A stretch of DNA of 64,000 nucleotides from Phormidesmis sp. (GTDB lineage: Bacteria > Cyanobacteriota > Cyanobacteriia > Leptolyngbyales > Leptolyngbyaceae): positions 96,001 to 160,000 of the forward strand of contig CBDFJR010000002.1 of NCBI GenBank assembly GCA_965248535.1, read 5' to 3'. Below the pieces are notes generated by a model. It had not been told where the DNA came from. It ran no database searches and saw only the letters and a list, made by a program, of their open reading frames with translations. The position numbers and the translations under genes were made by a program. Below, piece after piece: positions 60,775 to 64,000 of the stretch (positions are counted from its first letter, which is position 1; the number at the start of each line of letters is the position of its first letter).

Positions 60775-61560
60775 GCATAACGGCTCAAATCAGCGGCGGC
60801 AGACAATTTCTGTGACTCCACCGAGACCTCGCGCCCTTCCGCTCCAACGTGTTGTGTACGCCCAGCATGGGTGTGAACTAATGGGGTGAAAGTCCCCTGT
60901 CGGAGAACCAACGTCCAAATGATCCCAAAAGATCCGAGTGACGACAACGACTAGCTTAAGGTAAGGGCGTTTCCGCGAGGAAGGGTCTGAAGGAAGCCAG
61001 CGGCAAATCTGCGAGCTGACGGACAGAAACGTCATAGAAGGCTGAGATTCCTGTGGCAAGTGAGCACAACATCATGAAGCCTTTTGGTTCAGGGAACACA
61101 GTAAATGACGCAGTTGTGCAGAGACAGTTCACGTTCTTATCTGGGGAGATCTGCTCAAAGGGCGGTCTGAGGGTCTACGGGAGTCTGATTGAGGTCTAGC
61201 GGGAAACGGCTAGGGAGCCACGGAACCCTAAGGACATTCAGGCAGCGTGAGTCATGGCAACAGGACTCATGATTGAGCAGAAGTCAGCAGAGGTCATAGT
61301 AGCCAAACACTCACCGTAATGGGTGAGACAGGGTGAAGGGCTGAACCTTAGAAAGCAGGGAGGAGTTGCAAAGCTCGACTGGGCGATGAACCCGAACGGG
61401 GGAGCTATTTTGTCGGCGCTTAACTGCACAACCAGCCCTGGATATTCAGTTCTATTGAACTGGCTTGTCTAAAACTTTTCTGGGGACGCGCCCCGTGCGG
61501 AGCCGCACGCGGGGTGCCGTGGGGACTGGGGGAGAAAATCCCCTGGTTACCCGATTATGC
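60775..61560 (-). other. attC-like recombination site interrupted by a group II intron (86 bp once the intron is removed)
   Basis: On + strand: GCATAAC ggctc aaatCAGCGG...CCGCT...TGTTGT|intron|TATGC; lies 4 bp after the dprA-like stop. Confidence 0.8.
60856..61555 (+). mobile_element. ORF-less group IIC (attC-targeting) intron
   Basis: 5' GTACGCCCAGCATGG; GAGCAGAAGTCAGCAGAGGTCATAGTA; short DV with CGC triad (CGCCCCGTGCGGAGCCGCACGCGGGGTG); DVI with bulged A; ends CCCGAT. Confidence 0.88.
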
Positions 61561-61564
61561 TGTT

Positions 61565-62557
61565 CTACGATGATGCAATAAGACTGAGTTGAACCATCTG
61601 ATTATCTAGAGCCTTGTTCTCATTTACAGAATCACTCCTCTCTAAAATTGAAGTGATTTTTTGAACACCATTTTCCAATGAGATCTCGTGACAGCCTAGT
61701 TGAATTAAGTCCGAATTACCAATTGGGGGTTGTGCCAAGCAGTTTGGTGAGAGAACAAAAACTGGTATGTTCATCGCCATTGCACTTCTAGCAGCATCAA
61801 ACGTGCCACTCATCCTGCCTTTACTATCAATTTCTTGTCCTGAAGCTATAACAACAACTGCATCTGCCAGCGCACAAACCAACTTATTTCGTGCCATAGC
61901 ATTTCGAGCAAGCCACTTTTCTGAAGGGTTGAATTGCGAAAGAACAAGAGTGTTATACGCAGTAAAAAAGGGTTTGAATTCCTTCTTGGCTTCAAAATTT
62001 AGAATGCCTAGACTAAGAATAATCGTAGTAGTACCTTCTGCTTCTAAAGCGCCTAAATGAGCGGCAGAATCAACACCTTTAGCATAACCAGAGACAATAT
62101 TAAACCCTGCTCTAGCTAGTCCCTTTGCTAACTCAGCTGTGATGGCAAGAGCATCTTCACCAACGTTACGCGAACCAACAATTGAAATGCTTGGTGATTT
62201 TGCAAGTGGTGTATGCCCTCTTGCGTACAAGACTGGGGGAATGTTGTATTGCCGCCCATACTTCTTCAGTCTAGAGGGAAAGTCAGGAGATTCAGGATGC
62301 AGAATCTTCACTCTATTTGTCTCTAGCTGTTCGTAAGCGCGTTGAATCAATTCGTAATCCTGTTCATGCGGAAAGGATTTGAGTGTAGTTCTCAGTCTTC
62401 CTGAGATTTTTGGAAAATCTAATTTCCTATTAGTTAGGAAATTGTTAAGATCGGTAGATTCTCCAGATACGAGATCGTGAACTTCCCACAGCAATTTCGT
62501 CCCTATTCCTTTGGCGCGAGCCAACCGAAACCAATCGAAACTGCTGCTGTAAGTCAT
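61565..62557 (-). CDS. DprA/Smf-like protein (ShosA-like)
   Basis: PPVLYARG, SIVGSR, VSGYAKGVD..AH, ARNKLV..LA; ATG 62557 overlaps the PRTase TGA (ATGA). Confidence 0.85.
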   Translation of the reverse strand: MTYSSSFDWFRLARAKGIGTKLLWEVHDLVSGESTDLNNFLTNRKLDFPKISGRLRTTLKSFPHEQDYELIQRAYEQLETNRVKILHPESPDFPSRLKKYGRQYNIPPVLYARGHTPLAKSPSISIVGSRNVGEDALAITAELAKGLARAGFNIVSGYAKGVDSAAHLGALEAEGTTTIILSLGILNFEAKKEFKPFFTAYNTLVLSQFNPSEKWLARNAMARNKLVCALADAVVVIASGQEIDSKGRMSGTFDAARSAMAMNIPVFVLSPNCLAQPPIGNSDLIQLGCHEISLENGVQKITSILERSDSVNENKALDNQMVQLSLIASS

Positions 62558-63177
62558 CTTTTTGTCCTCGTCATCGTTATCGTTAGCACGTAGACTCTCG
62601 CTACACCCCCCTGGAACGTGAGAGCATTGCACACTGCGTTCAAGGTTTCCCCAGACCTAAAGAGATCGTCAAACACCAAAAGAGACTGCTGAGCGTATCT
62701 TTGGTCAGCGACCTGAAACGCACCTTGCATTTGTTGCTGGCGAATTTCAGCGTCTTCTATATCTTTCAGCGCTTGTGTCTGTCTAACCTTGATGAGGTAA
62801 TCGTCTGGTACAGAAAGCCCAGTCTTCTCCCCGATCGCTTTCGCTAATTCTAACACTGGCTGAAAAGGGCGGTCTAATTTGGATGGTGGAACAGCGACGA
62901 TGCTTTGGAAGTAGCGAAAAACCCTAAAATTATTCCGGATATAATTTGCAGCAATCTCAGCCATTGGCTCGACTTTGCTACGGTCAAAATTATACTTTAG
63001 CTGATAGAGAGCTTCACCCAGTTCAGTACGGGTTGTATCAAACCCTCCATCACTCCGAGAAACGCTCGACACTGTATGTAGATCAAGTGCTACTCCATAA
63101 ATCCACGAACCATTAATAACTCTTGGGTCAATATTCACGGTCGAAGCCCGCCCTATCCCGTCTTGTGAAGCTCTCAT
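62554..63177 (-). CDS. ComF-like phosphoribosyltransferase (ShosT-like)
   Basis: LYQLKY, VPPS...R.FQP, PRPP loop LVFDDLFRSGETL. Confidence 0.85.
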   Translation of the reverse strand: MRASQDGIGRASTVNIDPRVINGSWIYGVALDLHTVSSVSRSDGGFDTTRTELGEALYQLKYNFDRSKVEPMAEIAANYIRNNFRVFRYFQSIVAVPPSKLDRPFQPVLELAKAIGEKTGLSVPDDYLIKVRQTQALKDIEDAEIRQQQMQGAFQVADQRYAQQSLLVFDDLFRSGETLNAVCNALTFQGGVARVYVLTITMTRTKR

Positions 63178-63242
63178 TTTATCTTGTGTGACTATACCTG
63201 ATTACCAGGCCTAGATTGCCCACAAAATAAAGCGAATGTGCA

Positions 63243-63328
63243 GCCTAACGTTCCCAATCAGCGGCGACAGATATGACTGAAACGAAGTGCAAAGACTTTT
63301 TACGTCCGCTGCATTGGGGTTGTTATGC
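63243..63328 (-). other. Intact attC-like site (86 bp)
   Basis: Top strand GCATAAC-AACCC-CAATGCAGCGGACG...TCGCCGCTGATTG-GGAAC-GTTAGGC, with two extrahelical bases; 4 bp after the upstream stop. Confidence 0.85.
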
Positions 63329-63332
63329 CGCG

Positions 63333-64000
63333 CTATGGACACGAACTGTTTTTGCCATTAATAGTCCACGTATCGTTAGCGATCCAACCTGTTCGTCCTC
63401 CAGATGTAATTTCAAAATAGCCTTCTGTAGAACCCGCAAATTCTCTTGTCACGTAATCCGAGACCGTATAATTGCCAGAGCTTACCCTGATAAGCTCTTG
63501 ACTGAATCTGTCTGGGGCACTTCTTAAGGAAACCAAAGAATTATTAATTGCTACAACACATCCTGACGAAGCAATAGCTTGCCTCCTAGCTACTTCTGCC
63601 CGTTGACGCGCAAGCTCCTGTTGCCGTGCAAGTTCTTGCTGACGTGCAGCCTCTGCTTGCTGACGTGCAAATTCTCTCTGCCGTTCAGCCTCTTCCTGAG
63701 CAGCACGTTGTCTTGCAGCCTCTTCCTGAGCAGCACGTTGTCTTGCAGCCTCTTCCTGGGCAGCGCGTTGCCGTTCAGCTTCTTCTTGGGCGGCACGTTG
63801 TCTTGCAGCCCCTTGCTCGTCAGTGTTTGAGTTAGGGGGTACAGATGGCTTATTACCTGAACTTGATGGTAGTTGCGGCGAGACAACGGTGTTAGGCTTG
63901 CTAGGCTCTCCAACTTCGCCACCAACAGCTTTAGCAAATTTTAGAGCTTTAGTGTCAGAAATAAAACTTGCGACTAGGACTGCCTTCTCACCTGTTTGCC
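63333..64000 (-). CDS. 5'-truncated protein: Pro/Ser linker, coiled-coil repeats, C-terminal SH3b-like domain
   Basis: The frame of the 63333..63536 ORF stays open to the window edge (QTGEKAVLV...AARQRAAQEE x4...LRSAP...GRTGWI). Confidence 0.7.
   Translation of the reverse strand, partial: QTGEKAVLVASFISDTKALKFAKAVGGEVGEPSKPNTVVSPQLPSSSGNKPSVPPNSNTDEQGAARQRAAQEEAERQRAAQEEAARQRAAQEEAARQRAAQEEAERQREFARQQAEAARQQELARQQELARQRAEVARRQAIASSGCVVAINNSLVSLRSAPDRFSQELIRVSSGNYTVSDYVTREFAGSTEGYFEITSGGRTGWIANDTWTINGKNSSCP
63690..63809 (-). repeat. Coding 30-bp tandem repeat (four units of AARQRAAQEE / AERQRAAQEE)
   Basis: Unit CTCTTCCTGAGCAGCACGTTGTCTTGCAGC repeated with few substitutions. Confidence 0.85.

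Noticed and set aside
60662..61429. Short ORFs 60662..60889, 60732..60947, 60790..61059 and 61238..61429 as an intron-encoded protein or real genes
   Set aside because: They overlap the attC and structured intron RNA, and none has RT (YADD) or maturase motifs.
53111..63177. comM, dprA-like and comF-like genes as a competence operon
   Set aside because: comM is about 7 kb away on the opposite strand; the dprA-like/PRTase pair is attC-bounded and divergent.
63690..63809. 30-bp repeats as a CRISPR array
   Set aside because: The units are head-to-tail with no spacers, they are in-frame coding, and there are no cas genes in the window.
63891..63897. GTTAGGC / GCCTAAC as a third attC core
   Set aside because: It lies inside an open reading frame, with no partner arm or hairpin.
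63579..63937. ORFs 63579..63830, 63590..63937 and 63626..63835
   Set aside because: They are alternative frames kept open by the 30-bp coding repeat; the frame ending at 63333 gives the coherent protein.

Overview
This is a cyanobacterial chromosome segment: HIP1 GCGATCGC is frequent, and psb32, a DXCF cyanobacteriochrome kinase and NtcA boxes are present. In order it carries a secreted hypothetical gene, a lipoate ligase-like gene, a Doc-type toxin-antitoxin pair, a decayed ISL3, a DUF62 SAM-cleaving enzyme, a peptide-binding protein, metK and thiD. Next come a ~19 kb Wzy-type exopolysaccharide locus (with ATP-grasp, two GT87 paralogues and a GH12), a rearranged Nit1C nitrilase cluster with two NtcA-type promoters, doxX, desC, a three-GAF hybrid kinase, mrdA, psb32, bcp, a C39 peptidase, tRNA-Cys, a URC1/URC4 pair, a YifB/ComM ATPase, a papain-like protease with an acidic tail, and purB. 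The most striking part is the accessory region after purB (57.6-64 kb). It has two 86-bp integron attC-like sites bounding a PRTase+DprA (ShosTA-like) cassette, and a 700-nt ORF-less group IIC intron inserted at TTGT/T in one attC. It also has a Bell-like protein and a transmembrane NACHT protein that share a 23-aa amyloid-signalling-like motif (14/23 identical). All calls come from reading motifs by eye; no database searches were run.
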